Source: Opitutales bacterium
GTDB lineage: Bacteria; Verrucomicrobiota; Verrucomicrobiia; Opitutales; UBA2987
Direction of reading: 5' to 3'
NCBI GenBank assembly: GCA_965226885.1
Contig: CBDDEL010000016.1
Coordinates: forward strand, 576,001-640,000
DNA length: 64,000 nucleotides
Shown: positions 1 through 11,336 of the stretch, piece after piece
How positions within the stretch are numbered: the first letter of the stretch is position 1
Layout: each line of letters opens with the position of its first letter
Notes under the pieces: model-generated
What the model saw: only the letters and a program-made list of their open reading frames with translations
Databases searched by the model: none
Told to the model about the DNA's origin: nothing
Position numbers and translations under genes: made by a program

Positions 1-849
1 TACTCCCGTCAATCATGGAATTTTATAGGCAAAAACAGCGAAAAGGGCAGCCTGTCCGCCGACACTATAACAAACGGCGTAGAGCGCAACTTCGGCCTGT
101 CCTTAAATGAGTCGGATTACCTAATATTTATCGAAGATAATTGTCTGGCCGAACCGGACATGGTGGAGACCCTTGAAAATTCCATTGAGAACCTTGAGGC
201 CGACGCAGCAGCCTGCTATTATCGTTCTTTTTTCAGGTGGAGAAAATCACCAGATGACTTCGCCCAAAGCCGCTATTTCTACGGCAACTCACGGGAACTG
301 GGACTGATTGCCAACTGTTTCGCGGAAAGCGTATTTATCATCAAAAGGGAGGTTTTTCAATCCCTGGGAGGCTTTACTCAAGATGCGGAAAATATCAACC
401 CTGAATGGGAATTTTTTATTCGTTTAAGCTTGCGGAATTATAAATTTGAAATTGTGCCGAAATTTCTTTTCAATAAACGTATTGCGCCGCAAAACAAAGT
501 ATCTTCCGACAGCGCTTACCATACCCATATGAACAGTGTGGAACCGATACTGAAAAATTTGGGTACATGGGAAAAGAGTGTGGCCAATACTTTCCTAGGA
601 ATGGATCGGCACAACAAAATATTAAATGCCAAACTGAACTTGCAAAGCAAAGGCCAGCCGATCCCCGATCCTGCATATTTTATGTCTTATCGGGAATTTG
701 AAAAACTGCAAAATAATTATTACCACCTCCTGCGTTTCCCATTGCTATATCGAAAGTACAAAAGAAAACTGGCCAACTTTCTTTTTCATAGAAATGGCAA
801 TTTGAAAACGCCAAGGCGAGCTTCAAGTCTGATTCAGTTTTTTCTTTAA
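1..849 (+). CDS. Glycosyltransferase family 2-like protein, 5' end outside window
   Basis: Frame is open from base 1 (YSRQSWNFIG...RNFGLSLNESDYLIFIEDN...). GT-A-like motifs 'DYLIFIED' and 'IKREVFQSLGGF...WEFFIRL'; polysaccharide locus context. Confidence 0.75.
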   Translation, partial: YSRQSWNFIGKNSEKGSLSADTITNGVERNFGLSLNESDYLIFIEDNCLAEPDMVETLENSIENLEADAAACYYRSFFRWRKSPDDFAQSRYFYGNSRELGLIANCFAESVFIIKREVFQSLGGFTQDAENINPEWEFFIRLSLRNYKFEIVPKFLFNKRIAPQNKVSSDSAYHTHMNSVEPILKNLGTWEKSVANTFLGMDRHNKILNAKLNLQSKGQPIPDPAYFMSYREFEKLQNNYYHLLRFPLLYRKYKRKLANFLFHRNGNLKTPRRASSLIQFFL

Positions 850-1827
850 TTCCTCGATTTCATTTTGCTGCCTGGAATTACGGGCGGTTAATTCATTGAT
901 CTGCAGCAAGAGATTATCCCTATACTTTTTCAGGTTTTTGACCATCACTTCCATGTTGCCGCCCCATGCCTGCCAACGGTGATAATCATCGGTTTTTTGA
1001 TCGAGATCGCGCTGGATATCCTCGGTCATGGCTTCCTGGTTCAAACCAAAGTCTTTCCACCGTTTTAATTCGTCGATTAATTGCACCCATAATTGACGGG
1101 AACTGGTCCCCGTATTTTCAATCTCCGGAAGCGGCCCGTTACCACAAACGGCCACATATGAGTCCGGTATCGGATCCGTATCGAGCGCCCAATCCCTGCT
1201 GTGGCCAACTTCCTCGATTTTAGTGTCTACTTTAAAATGTGTTGGATTTGCCGAAAAATTTGCATGGATGGTGGAGCCAATGACCAGGAATTGACGGTAT
1301 ATGGCTACATGGGAAAAATGTTTTTGCAGTAGCGATTGAAAAGAATCTTTGGTAAAATGTTGTTTATGGTACTGATTGTCTGACTCCGAGTCCGTTTCGC
1401 CGGGAACGGATATAATCATATAACCCGTATTTTTTAATACAGAGACCAAATTCTTTAAACCTATACCGGGATTCTTCAGGTGCTCCAATGTTTCAAAGCT
1501 CACCACAATATCGAAAAAACTCTCTCGCAAAAAGTTTTCTTTTTCTAAATCGGTCACCATGAATGAAACATTATCTGAATTATAATGCTTTGCTGCATAC
1601 TCTATGGTGGTTGGGCAATTATCGACACCCGCCACGTTAGCTGCACCGTGGTTGCTCATCAACGTCGCTCCATATCCAAAACCGCAAGCGGCATCCAGAA
1701 CCGATTTTCCACGGATTATTGGCAGAGTGAAAAAATAGCGGCTAAGGTGATCGACTCTCCAGTAATCCGAACAGTTAAACGGGTCTATGCGTTCTTCAGC
1801 CATTGGTTTCGCGGCAGTTAATACCAA
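823..1827 (-). CDS. Class I SAM-dependent methyltransferase with C-terminal coiled coil
   Basis: VLDAACGFGYG SAM motif and FDIVVSFETLEHL; heptad-like C-terminus (LKKYRDNLLLQINELTARNSRQQNEIEELKKKL). True start may be M at 1803. Confidence 0.85.
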   Translation of the reverse strand: MVLTAAKPMAEERIDPFNCSDYWRVDHLSRYFFTLPIIRGKSVLDAACGFGYGATLMSNHGAANVAGVDNCPTTIEYAAKHYNSDNVSFMVTDLEKENFLRESFFDIVVSFETLEHLKNPGIGLKNLVSVLKNTGYMIISVPGETDSESDNQYHKQHFTKDSFQSLLQKHFSHVAIYRQFLVIGSTIHANFSANPTHFKVDTKIEEVGHSRDWALDTDPIPDSYVAVCGNGPLPEIENTGTSSRQLWVQLIDELKRWKDFGLNQEAMTEDIQRDLDQKTDDYHRWQAWGGNMEVMVKNLKKYRDNLLLQINELTARNSRQQNEIEELKKKLNQT

Positions 1828-1854
1828 GTAATAAACTCCATGGGTGGAGCTTCA

Positions 1855-2901
1855 TTAATCAACAAATTTTTTTTCCATTGCCGTGTTAAATAAGTTGCCA
1901 TCTTTCCAATCTTCGATCGTTCGAATAACGTTTGAATAAATTTCGTCGGACCATGGTCGGTGGCCGTATTTGGCTTTGCAAACGGTGGCATGCTGGACCC
2001 CTTGATCAGCTCCAATCTCCATAAATAACAATACCGCTTTAGCCGCTTGCAGGATATACACAGAGGAGTCGGGGCTATTATTAATAGAGGAGTCCATGAG
2101 TTGGATTTTTTCGTCGGCGGTTAATTCTTTTTTAAGATTTACTTGCAACACTTTTTTGGGAATAGCTTTTTGTAAAAGAAAAATCTTCGACGGCTCCTCA
2201 TTGCACAGTGTGGTAAAGTACTCGGAATAATATTCCATGGCCACGGTAATCCAAGGAGCCCATTCATGATTGAAATCCTGTTGAACAACGATTGAATCGC
2301 CAGGTGTTAATGCGGGAAAAAATTCCGACGCCAGGTGCTGATTAACATTCCAGGATTTCGCAACGTCGATAAATAAAATTTCGCTCGGTTGCTTATTCCA
2401 AATTTGTTGACATATATCGCCTTGAAACGATTGGATGTATTTCCCATAAGGTTCCGTTTTTTTGAGAAATAAATTGTAAAAGGAATCACCTGGAAATATG
2501 CCGAGGTTTTCTAATTGCGGATTGGGATCATGTTCCGAAGAGAGAAAAATATCATAGGAATATATAACAGGCAAACGTTTTAAGGCCGTATTACTATTCT
2601 CTCGCCGAGCCAACCCGGTGGCAAAGCCCAAGGTGGAGCCACCGAGGTAACATCCTGCATCGACAATCGCGCCAGCGCCGGTGAAATAACGGTGCGCGAG
2701 CCAATGTAGCATTTTTTGCTCCGGCTTGGAAAGCATGGTTGCGGCATCACCAAAAAAGACGTCGTCGGAAATCCCAGTGTTCCAGATTCGTTCTCGAATA
2801 AATTCGCTTGGATGCTTGTTTGGCAGAGACATATATTTATATATCAAATCAGGATGGGCATATCGGGTGTGTCGGCAATTTCGGGTGCCAGGACAGTTCA
2901 A
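1855..2901 (-). CDS. Putative class I SAM-dependent methyltransferase
   Basis: AIVDAGCYLGGST and EILFIDVAKSW motifs; start codon uncertain. Confidence 0.65.
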   Translation of the reverse strand: MNCPGTRNCRHTRYAHPDLIYKYMSLPNKHPSEFIRERIWNTGISDDVFFGDAATMLSKPEQKMLHWLAHRYFTGAGAIVDAGCYLGGSTLGFATGLARRENSNTALKRLPVIYSYDIFLSSEHDPNPQLENLGIFPGDSFYNLFLKKTEPYGKYIQSFQGDICQQIWNKQPSEILFIDVAKSWNVNQHLASEFFPALTPGDSIVVQQDFNHEWAPWITVAMEYYSEYFTTLCNEEPSKIFLLQKAIPKKVLQVNLKKELTADEKIQLMDSSINNSPDSSVYILQAAKAVLLFMEIGADQGVQHATVCKAKYGHRPWSDEIYSNVIRTIEDWKDGNLFNTAMEKKFVD

Positions 2902-2975
2902 AGTAAATAGAAAAGCGTTCAGTGTTTATCACGTCCTATCAAGTATTCTGTGTCCAATTATTAAGATGATGTAAA

Positions 2976-4301
2976 CTAAACCTTCATTTGGCTGTAGGAG
3001 GATTTAAGGGGAAAGGCTCCCCAGAATTCAGCCTGGCCAGTGATATCGATTTTACAGCAATCCCAAAGGGTATCGTGGTCTGTCCATTTAGCGCGGGAAA
3101 AATTGGTGGCCACCCCGGCAATCATCAAATAGGAACCCGGCCGCAGGGAGAGTTCCAGCCGCAAGGTTATGAGAAAACGGTCTCCCGCTTCGGCCCGGGC
3201 AATTTTTTGACCGGAAATATTGTAATAGGTGTGATAGCCACCCATTAGCTGCCCAGTTTTATCGCGCAACCCGAGTCCAAAATCAAAATCCTGCATCGGT
3301 TTGAGAATATCGACCATGACCTGCGCCACCATGACTTCCCCGCTGTTGAAACAGGTGGAGATGCGGCCGGACTCATCGCGCAGGCAAATGCCCCGGATTT
3401 TTGCCGAACCGTCCCCGCTGACGGTATTGCGGAGCAAAGGGACACTCTGGAAATCGTTTCCACTCCTCGATACTTTCGCCTGGCAAAGGGTAACCGTTTC
3501 ATCGGAGGAATCTGCCGGTTGATCCAAGGTATGATACAGCGCCGTAATCTCTCTGGGTTCGCCGATGGCCGCAATTTTACCCTGGCGCAGCAAAACAGCC
3601 CGGTGGCAGATCCTTTGCACCGTCGAAACATCATGTGAGACAAACAAAATGGTTCCGCCGCCCTCCAGGTATTGGTGAAGGCGTCGGATGCATTTTGCCT
3701 GAAAAAACACGTCCCCCACAGAAAGGGTTTCATCGACAATGAGAATATCGGGATCGACCAAGGTTTGCACCGAAAAGGCTAACCGCACCATCATCCCGCT
3801 GCTGTAGGTTTTAACTGGCTGGTCCATGAATTCCCCAATGTCGGCGAAATCGGCAATCTGTTCGAACCTGCCGTCAATTTCCCTCCGGTTAAGGCCCAAA
3901 ACAGTAGCGTTGAGGTAAACGTTTTCCCGGCCCGTGAATTCTGGGTTAAAGCCTGAGCCAAGCTCAAGAAGAGCCGCCACCCGGCCACGCACATCGACTG
4001 TTCCCCTCGTCGATTGGAGGGTTCCGGCAATGATTTGCAGCAAGGTCGATTTTCCGGACCCGTTTTTCCCAATGATGCCCACTGCGTCGCCTGGAAACAC
4101 ATCCAGCGAGATATCATTCAAGGCGTAAAATTCCTTGAAAGAGTTGCGGACATGGTTTTGGAGGGGTGTTCTGATAAATTTCGGCAAAAAAGAAGTTCCA
4201 CCAAACTTTTGGGCTAGGGGCACGGTCAGCCGTGCCCTGGAATCGCTCCAAATACCATAAACTTTATCGACTTCTTTAACTCGTATTACTGGTTCGGGCA
4301 T
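2976..4301 (-). CDS. wzt: Polysaccharide ABC transporter ATPase with C-terminal Wzt_C-type domain
   Basis: Walker A GKNGSGKST, signature YSSGMMVRLAF, Walker B ILIVDE, GFNPEFTGREN, and a ~170-aa beta-rich C-terminal extension. Start placed at MPEPVIRV (4301). Confidence 0.9.
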   Translation of the reverse strand: MPEPVIRVKEVDKVYGIWSDSRARLTVPLAQKFGGTSFLPKFIRTPLQNHVRNSFKEFYALNDISLDVFPGDAVGIIGKNGSGKSTLLQIIAGTLQSTRGTVDVRGRVAALLELGSGFNPEFTGRENVYLNATVLGLNRREIDGRFEQIADFADIGEFMDQPVKTYSSGMMVRLAFSVQTLVDPDILIVDETLSVGDVFFQAKCIRRLHQYLEGGGTILFVSHDVSTVQRICHRAVLLRQGKIAAIGEPREITALYHTLDQPADSSDETVTLCQAKVSRSGNDFQSVPLLRNTVSGDGSAKIRGICLRDESGRISTCFNSGEVMVAQVMVDILKPMQDFDFGLGLRDKTGQLMGGYHTYYNISGQKIARAEAGDRFLITLRLELSLRPGSYLMIAGVATNFSRAKWTDHDTLWDCCKIDITGQAEFWGAFPLKSSYSQMKV

Positions 4302-4630
4302 TTCGTAAAAGGAAATTTTTTTGGGAAAAGCGACTATATTAAAATACTCTACTGCCCCGAAGCCAGTCAAAACCATATAAAAGAAAAAATGACTCTTCTG
4401 CATATATTTGGGGGAAACTGTTGTTCAAGTGATACAAGAGACAGCATGATTACTACAATTCAAATAACCGTATACTAGAGGCTGTCCCTAGAGGCTGTCC
4501 CAAAAATATAAAGATTTTATAGTCAACTGGATGACGTTGATAAAAAGAGCCGGAAAGAGCAAGTTTTTGCTCGATCCGGCCAAAAAAGGGTTCTATAATT
4601 GAGTTAGCGAAAATCAATATAGCCCTTTCT

Positions 4631-7247
4631 ATGAAAAATATAGCCATCCAATGCCTCCTGCGTCCAGCTTTAACTGTGGTCGACCGGTGCCTCGATTACG
4701 ATAACTTCCGCGCCACCATTGATCGAATCGATCGGCTGCTGATCGACTCGGAGGTGGAATCGCAGGCCATTGAGCTGGCCTTGGAGGGGTGGCCGCCAAT
4801 GGGTCTAAAGGCCCGGCGGCAGCGGGCCAGTTTTGCCATCAAGGCACTGCGCATGGATACGCTGGGCCGTCTGCTCGGAGGGATCTCGTTTCGGCATTTG
4901 TCGCGGGCTCTGGGCAGCAGCGATCTGTTGGCCGACTTTTGCCGTGTCCGGCAGATCGATGGCATCAGGGGCATCTCCAAAAGCACCCTGGAGCGGGCCT
5001 CGAAGTTTTTCAGCGAAGAGCAGTTGAGGGCCTTGCACCGGACCTTGACTGAGGTGGTGGGCGATACCCTTCTGGCCCGGCAGGTGGGATTGGACAAGCC
5101 GATTGACACCACCATTTGCCTGATCGACGGCACCTGTTTGGAGGCTAACATTCATTGGCCGACGGACTGGGTATTATACCAAATCGCAAAAGGATTGATA
5201 AAGATTAAAAAACAGCTATAAAGGCGGAATGAGAAGATATATGGGAACCGATGAAGACCGTGAACGTATCAAGAAATTGCTCAACAAAGAGGCTGTCGGC
5301 TGGCGTAAAGAGCGTTTGGTGGCATTAAAAATGGGCTTCCAGCCGCACCACAGCATTGATGAAATTGGAGCCATCGTGGGCCGAGGCAAAGCGACGATCC
5401 AGCGTTGGTTTGACAAATATCGTGCTGCAGGGCTCGGGGCGGTGCTTACACGCGCCTACAAAGGCGGGATCAAAAGCCGTTGCGACAAAGAGGTGGAGGC
5501 CTTCTTGCTCAATGGTTTGAAGGTCGCGCGCTGGAACACAGCCGTTCAGGCGGGGCAAGAGCTGGAGCGACATTTCGGGCGCTCCTTCGCCTACAAGACG
5601 GTGTGGCGATGGCTAAAAAAATGCGCCGGGGTGCTTCGAGTCCCTCGGCCCGTGCATGAGAAACGGGACTCGGCAAAAGCGGAAGCGTTCAAGCGAGACT
5701 TTTTTAAGATCCTCCAGGAGCTTTCCCTCACCCGAGGCAATCGGGTTCGGGTGTGGTTTGCCGATGAAAGCCGTTTTGGTTTGCTTCCGGTGTACCGCCG
5801 GTGCTGGACGCAAAGAGGGCTTCGGCCGCACAAAAAATATCAGACAAGATACCAGTGGAGCTACTGTTACGGAGCCCTCGACGTGGTCAACGGCGAGATG
5901 GTATGCATCCAAACCCCTAGCACGAATCTACAGTGGACGGAGGCTTTCCTCCAACAGATCAAAAAGCAATATCCTGAGGAGGAACATGTGGTTGTATGGG
6001 ACGGGGCAGGCTTCCATCCGCACGACTCGGAGCACCCCAACGTCCCCCCGGGCATACATATCGTGAATTTGCCGCCGTATAGTCCTGAACTCAACCCGAT
6101 TGAAAGACTTTGGGATATGATACAGGATCAAACGGCCAACAAACTGTGGCCGAGCATTGAGCGACTCGAAGAAGTCGTCGCAACCCATCTCAAAGACTGG
6201 TGGGAGGACACTGAAAAAGTCCTCTCTTTAGTTGGCGGAGGCTGGCAGCACATTCAAGCAAACGCTTCTGCCAAATAACTTATTATCATACCTAATGAGA
6301 TTTGGTATTACTCAAGGATGTAGCCGGCACGTTGCTCAAAGCGATCCGGCTGATCCGCGAGAAGGCCGGTGTGCGCCATCGCATGCCGATCGAACCGGAG
6401 CCCTTGGCTCGGCAGATGAATCGGCTGTGCATACAGATGACCCACAGCCGGCGGCGAAAGGACAGCGCGCGGCAGCGCAAGGGTATCTTGAGGCAGATGA
6501 AAAAGCTGCTCAAACGGATCGGGGAGCATGCCCGCAGTCACCGGGAATTATTGCAAGCCTGCTGGGAGCAAAGCGATTACAGCGAAAAACAGGTCCAACA
6601 GATCCTCGCCCGGATGGAGCGCATGAGCGAGCAAATCCCGGTGGTCATCAAACAGGCGCACGAGCGGATCATTGGCGGCCGCCAGGTGAAAAACGCAGAA
6701 GAAAGTCTTGAGTGTTTACGAACTCGATGTGCAGGTGATTGTGCGAGGTAAAGCGGGCCAAGAGGTCGAGTTCGGCAACACCCTGTTTTTGGGAGAAAGC
6801 GTTGAAGGGTACCTGCTGGACTGGAAACTCTACGGCAGCCGAACTCCAAGCGAAAATGAACAAATGCAAGAGAGTTTGCAAAGACAGAACCGCTTCAACC
6901 TGGAAGAACCCATAGCGGCCATGTGCGCGGACCGGGGATTTGCCTCCCAGCGGGCCCGCCGGCAGTTAGCCCAGGAGGGAATCTACGACGCGCTCTGTCC
7001 ACGCGATCCGAAGCAGTTGAAAAAACGGATGGAGGAACCACTGTTCAGACAATTGCAAAAGCGCCGGGCCAGCACCGAAGGGCGGATCGGGGTATTGAAG
7101 AATCGCTGGCAGGCCGGGCGGTTGCGCAGCAAAGGCTTTGCCAACCGCTCGATCAGCGTAGCCTGGTCGGTACTCTCGCACAACCTATGGAAAGTAGCCA
7201 AGATGCTGGCCCAGCAAGACGAACTAAAAACCAAAGCGGCGGCCTAG
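4631..7247 (+). pseudogene. IS-A transposase, split by IS630 and frameshifted near 6700
   Basis: ORF pieces 4631-5221, 6302-6751 and 6708-7247 reconstitute the 493-aa protein of the other copies; extra A in gcagaagaaag versus gcagagaaag. Confidence 0.9.
5177..6307 (+). mobile_element. IS630 family element copy 1 (transposase 5229-6278, 349 aa)
   Basis: IRs TACCAAATC / GATTTGGTA flanked by TTA on both sides; DDE motifs FADESRFG, WDGAGFH, LPPYSPELNPIE. Confidence 0.93.
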
Positions 7248-7442
7248 AGAGCGGAAAAGCAAGGACAATACTTTTTCACAGCCTTACTGTCGGCTCATAC
7301 AAAGAAAACCAGGCAACCGGACCCCAAAACCAGTATCCTAACGTCATAGGAGAGCAAAGTTGATACTCTCCCAAATGCAAATACCTCTAAAATGAGCGCC
7401 TATCAAAAGCCCTCGCAAAAATCACCCTTTTGGGACAGCCTC

Positions 7443-7803
7443 TACCTATAATTTTTTACGAACAGTTCCCCTAGTCTTGGTTTTAGCGATTATAACACTC
7501 AACAGCGCGCACTATTCATCAGAAGGTATAGTGTTAGCTATACTATCCGCCGCGTTTACATCTGGAATCGGTTACACGATCTGGTATATCGCACTCAGGG
7601 GACTTTCAGCAACTCAAGCGGCTGTGGTACAACTGTTAGTTCCTGTAATCGCAGCATTGGGAGGTGTCATATTTGTGTCCGAGGCAATCACTCTTCGTCT
7701 AACGATATCGGCCACAATGATACTTGGAGGCATTTTAATAGTGGTTGTAGGTAAATATTATGTTGTTCGGTTACAGTTAAAATATAGGTTGTTCGAAGAT
7801 TAG
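7443..7803 (+). pseudogene. DMT/EamA family transporter, 3' remnant
   Basis: Hydrophobic EamA-like repeat (SGIGYTIWYIALRGLSATQAAVVQLLVPVIAALGG). The frame is open back to the IS-A end and no 5' half is found on the other side. Confidence 0.85.
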
Positions 7804-7836
7804 CTTTTACCTAGGCCGCTCGATCCTCCCGGAGGA

Positions 7837-9465
7837 TCATTTTAGTTTCGTCCTCAGTTCCGCAATAATTTTACGCGTTTCGGCGATTCGTTCCTCCAGT
7901 CCTTCTTTGTAGCGCCACGCCTGATACCTAGCTCGATCTGCCCGTTCGGCGATTTCTTCTTCGATCTCACGCAGGTATTTTTCAGCTTGATCCAGGTTCT
8001 CCTGGGTGGTTGCCGGATTGTGAAAGCCACCGCCATCCACGGAGACATAAACCGGTGTTGTATGTGCGGTTTGGCATTTAGCCGCGGTGCATCGGGCAGC
8101 AATCCAGATGCCCACGTCCGCAGGTAGTTCAAGATCAATGATAAGCTCGGCGCCCGACTGGTTGGCTTCTTCTGCTGAGACGGACTTAAGGACTTGCCCA
8201 TGGCCCATAATTTCCAGCCCTCGCAATGGGGCTTTGTCAGGATGACCAAAGGCCTTGGCGGAAATCCGTAAAGTCTGGCCCTTCTTTACCTTTACCACGT
8301 CGCCGGGCAATGCGCCGTTGACCTTTAAATCGATCATCGGTCCACTGCTCACGAAAGTATGTCCGGCCTTAAAACTATCCTTCCATTTGTCGAAGGAAAA
8401 GGAATCCCCGACATAAGTATAGAAACGGGCGTTGCCTATTTGCGTAATCCTTTCAGAAACCCCCGTTTCCGGGTTCGGCCAAACACCGCACCACGGAAAA
8501 TCGGACCCGCCCGTGGCTGTCAGTTTAAATCCGAGATCGAGAAAAAAATAGAAGTGATCGGTATGCATGGGACCTTCTTCAACGCAGAATTGCAATAATT
8601 CCAGGAAATCGATTTTGCCCACCAGAACGTCCATGGTCATACCCCGGTAGCCATGAAAGGACATTCCCTGATGCGCATAGCCGGACAACCCGTTCAATTC
8701 ATGAACACGGTCGAACAAACGGTCGTAATAGTAGTATTCCTCATCCATGCGAACGGCCTCGTCGGCCATCAGTGAAATGGTGTGCCCAATTTCGTGGGTC
8801 CTTGGTTCTTCCTGTCCGGGCGTCAGAACACGGCCTTTATCCTCATAAACACCTTCATCGCCGAACGCGTATTGCTCAAAGTAGGTGGTCCAGAAATCAC
8901 CCATGCGCAGCAGGGCCCCAACGTGAACATCTTCAGCCGCGATCCATTTCAGAATGTAGGGATTTTCGCGAGGGGAGCGTTGGATATGGATGTGATCGTC
9001 GGCCGAATACCAGCCGCGAGCGGGCATATCGATCCATCGCTTCAATGCGATGTTTTTCGTTATTCGATCTCCTGGCGAAAGATCAAAGTCGTATTCACTG
9101 GCCAGAAATTCAAATCCTTTACTGATTACAAGTTTATAGGACCCCGGTTGCATATCCATTTCGAAGCCTCCATCGACATAAAAGGCGCCATCGGGCTGAA
9201 ACGAGTAACCATCGACTCTGCCATCGCGCCCATACATAACGCCGATGCCGACCTCGGGAATGTTGGCAATCTGGCCGTCGGCATGGGTTATGCGTACGCG
9301 GGCTTCGGTTAATTCGCCAGTGGATTCGTCTGAGATTTGGACTGAAAGGTGTGCCGGTTGCTCCTTCCCATTGCCGGCATAAGACGCACCCATAACCGTT
9401 ATGCAAACGCTAATGCTAATCAGAAAACTGAGTTTGCTTCTTTCTTGCATGGCAATATTTATCAT
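7837..9465 (-). CDS. Secreted CehA/McbA-family (PHP-like) metallohydrolase
   Basis: Signal-like N-terminus; GWYSADDHIH, GYAH, TGGSDFP, GHTFVSSGP, AHTTPVYV motifs. Confidence 0.85.
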   Translation of the reverse strand: MINIAMQERSKLSFLISISVCITVMGASYAGNGKEQPAHLSVQISDESTGELTEARVRITHADGQIANIPEVGIGVMYGRDGRVDGYSFQPDGAFYVDGGFEMDMQPGSYKLVISKGFEFLASEYDFDLSPGDRITKNIALKRWIDMPARGWYSADDHIHIQRSPRENPYILKWIAAEDVHVGALLRMGDFWTTYFEQYAFGDEGVYEDKGRVLTPGQEEPRTHEIGHTISLMADEAVRMDEEYYYYDRLFDRVHELNGLSGYAHQGMSFHGYRGMTMDVLVGKIDFLELLQFCVEEGPMHTDHFYFFLDLGFKLTATGGSDFPWCGVWPNPETGVSERITQIGNARFYTYVGDSFSFDKWKDSFKAGHTFVSSGPMIDLKVNGALPGDVVKVKKGQTLRISAKAFGHPDKAPLRGLEIMGHGQVLKSVSAEEANQSGAELIIDLELPADVGIWIAARCTAAKCQTAHTTPVYVSVDGGGFHNPATTQENLDQAEKYLREIEEEIAERADRARYQAWRYKEGLEERIAETRKIIAELRTKLK

Positions 9466-9901
9466 GGCTTCAAGTTCCCCTCCACGGTGTCTATATAACT
9501 AACGCGTTCAAAGGCGTTCAAAGGAAAAATCATTCTAAAGCATTATGATTCAAAGCGTCAATAAGGTTTTTTTATAGCGTTATCCTACGGTTGTGATATA
9601 GATTCTATAAATTAAGCCTCGGAATAATTTTTCTATTACACCTTTTCAAAGACGAAGGATTTTGTAAAATCTCTCAAATGAAATTCTTTTCTGCTCCCTT
9701 GCTTCTGGGATGTCGTCTTTCCATTCGGCGTTCAATTACATACTGCCTGTTTGCAATACTGGTCATTATTCCACGGAGTGTTGCTCACCCTCCTGGTATT
9801 GAAAAAACCACTGTTCCACATTCAGGGGTCTTAGCCCGGATATTTCATGAAGGGTAAAGTTTGGCTCGTTATTGCTATTGGAGATGGATTTCTTTGTATT
9901 T

Positions 9902-11226
9902 TGACGTGTACTGGATTTGTTGGACACGGGATTCTCTTATATTCATTGTTTATTGATTAGTGTGTCAGGCGGCTTGTTTTGGTAAAGGGTTTTGTTTTCT
10001 CGTTGCCCCCCATGGGGGGCAAATATTTTCCTCGAATTGGACTGGGCTTTGGTAACTCAGAGAGGAATGTTTGCGATATCGGTTGTAGAAGATTTCCACG
10101 TATTCGAAGACAGTTGATCGCAGTTCGCGCTCGTCGGCAAAGTGGCGGCCTCGAATCGTGCTGGTCTTGAAGCGGCCGTAGAACGATTCCATGGCCGCGT
10201 TGTCGTAGCAGTTGCCTTGGCCGCTCATGCTCGGCTTCATGCCTAGTTCAGAGACCAGCCTCTGATAGTCGTCGCTGGCGTAGGGGCTGCCCCGATCGCT
10301 GTGATGAATAATCCCGGTGCGCAGTGTGCCGCGGGTCATGGCCGCGGCTTTGAGGGCCTTGCCAACCAGCTTCGCGTCGTTGTGGTTGGAAACGCTCCAG
10401 CCCAGCAGGCGTCGGCTGAACAGGTCCATCACCGTGGCCAAGTACATCCAACCGGCCAGGGTCCGTAGGTAGGTCGTGTCCGCCACCCAGACCTCGTCGA
10501 TATGGGTCGGCTGGCCATGCTTTTTAAGCACATTGGGGCTGTAACCATAGGGATGGTTACTGTTGGTTTTTAATGGCTTAAAGCGTTTACTCTGGGTGCT
10601 TTTGATTCCCATTTCACGCATCAGACGCAGAGCCCGGTCACGGCCGCAATCGATGCCCTCATCATCCTTCAGATGGCGGTGCATTGGCCGATGCCCATAG
10701 CGGCCCTTGGCCTCTTTGTGTACCTTCAGGATCGCCCCCTTGATTCCCTCGTCCTCGATCCGCCGGGCCGAGGGCGCTCGGGGCCTCCAGCAGTAATAGC
10801 CACTGCGACAAATCCCCATCGCCGAGCATATTTCCTCGATCTTGAAGCGCCCCTCGTTGTCTTTGACAAACTGGTACTTCATTGTTCGTCCTTGGCAAAG
10901 TAGCCCACCGTTTTTTTTAGTATCTGGTTGATCCGCTCCGAGCGGCGCAGCTCTTTGCGAAGACGATCTATCTCGGCCGCCATCTCCTTCGGACTGCTCT
11001 GTCGCTTTGAGGTGGCTTCGCCCTGCTGATCGTCCAGATAGAGCCTCTTCCACCTATACAATTGGTTGGTGTTGACCCCAAGTTTGGTCGATACCTCGGT
11101 GGCGCTCAGACCATCGAGTATCATCAGTTGAACTGCCTCATTTTTGAACTCTATACTGCGTCTTCTTCCCATGCTTCGATTCTCCATTTAGGAGAATCTC
11201 GTGTCCACTTTTTCCAGTGCACATCA
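9902..11226 (-). mobile_element. IS3 family element 'IS3-A' copy 1 (orfA 10879-11187, orfB 9965-10882)
   Basis: TG...CA ends, ATTT TSD, rve-type motifs WVADTTY, HHSDRGS, DNAAMESF; A8 run and ATGA overlap between orfA and orfB. Confidence 0.93.
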
Positions 11227-11336
11227 ATTTTGAGCAGATCGTCTTGATTTTTAGGTGTTTTTCAGGGTGTAGAGACACTGCCCCCTTTCCCCCATTGGTT
11301 CGGTAGTGCCGGGGGCAGCACCAATGCACCCTTTAG

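Larger units (their letters stand above)
4491..7442 (+). mobile_element. IS5/ISNCY-like DDE element 'IS-A' copy 1, interrupted by IS630
   Basis: IRs GAGGCTGTCCCAAAA / TTTTGGGACAGCCTC. Length equals the 1817-bp element plus IS630, 3-bp TSD and a 1-bp insertion. Confidence 0.9.

Noticed and set aside
4696..7363. Recurrent small ORFs inside IS copies
   Set aside because: Alternative-frame products that repeat only because the ISs repeat.
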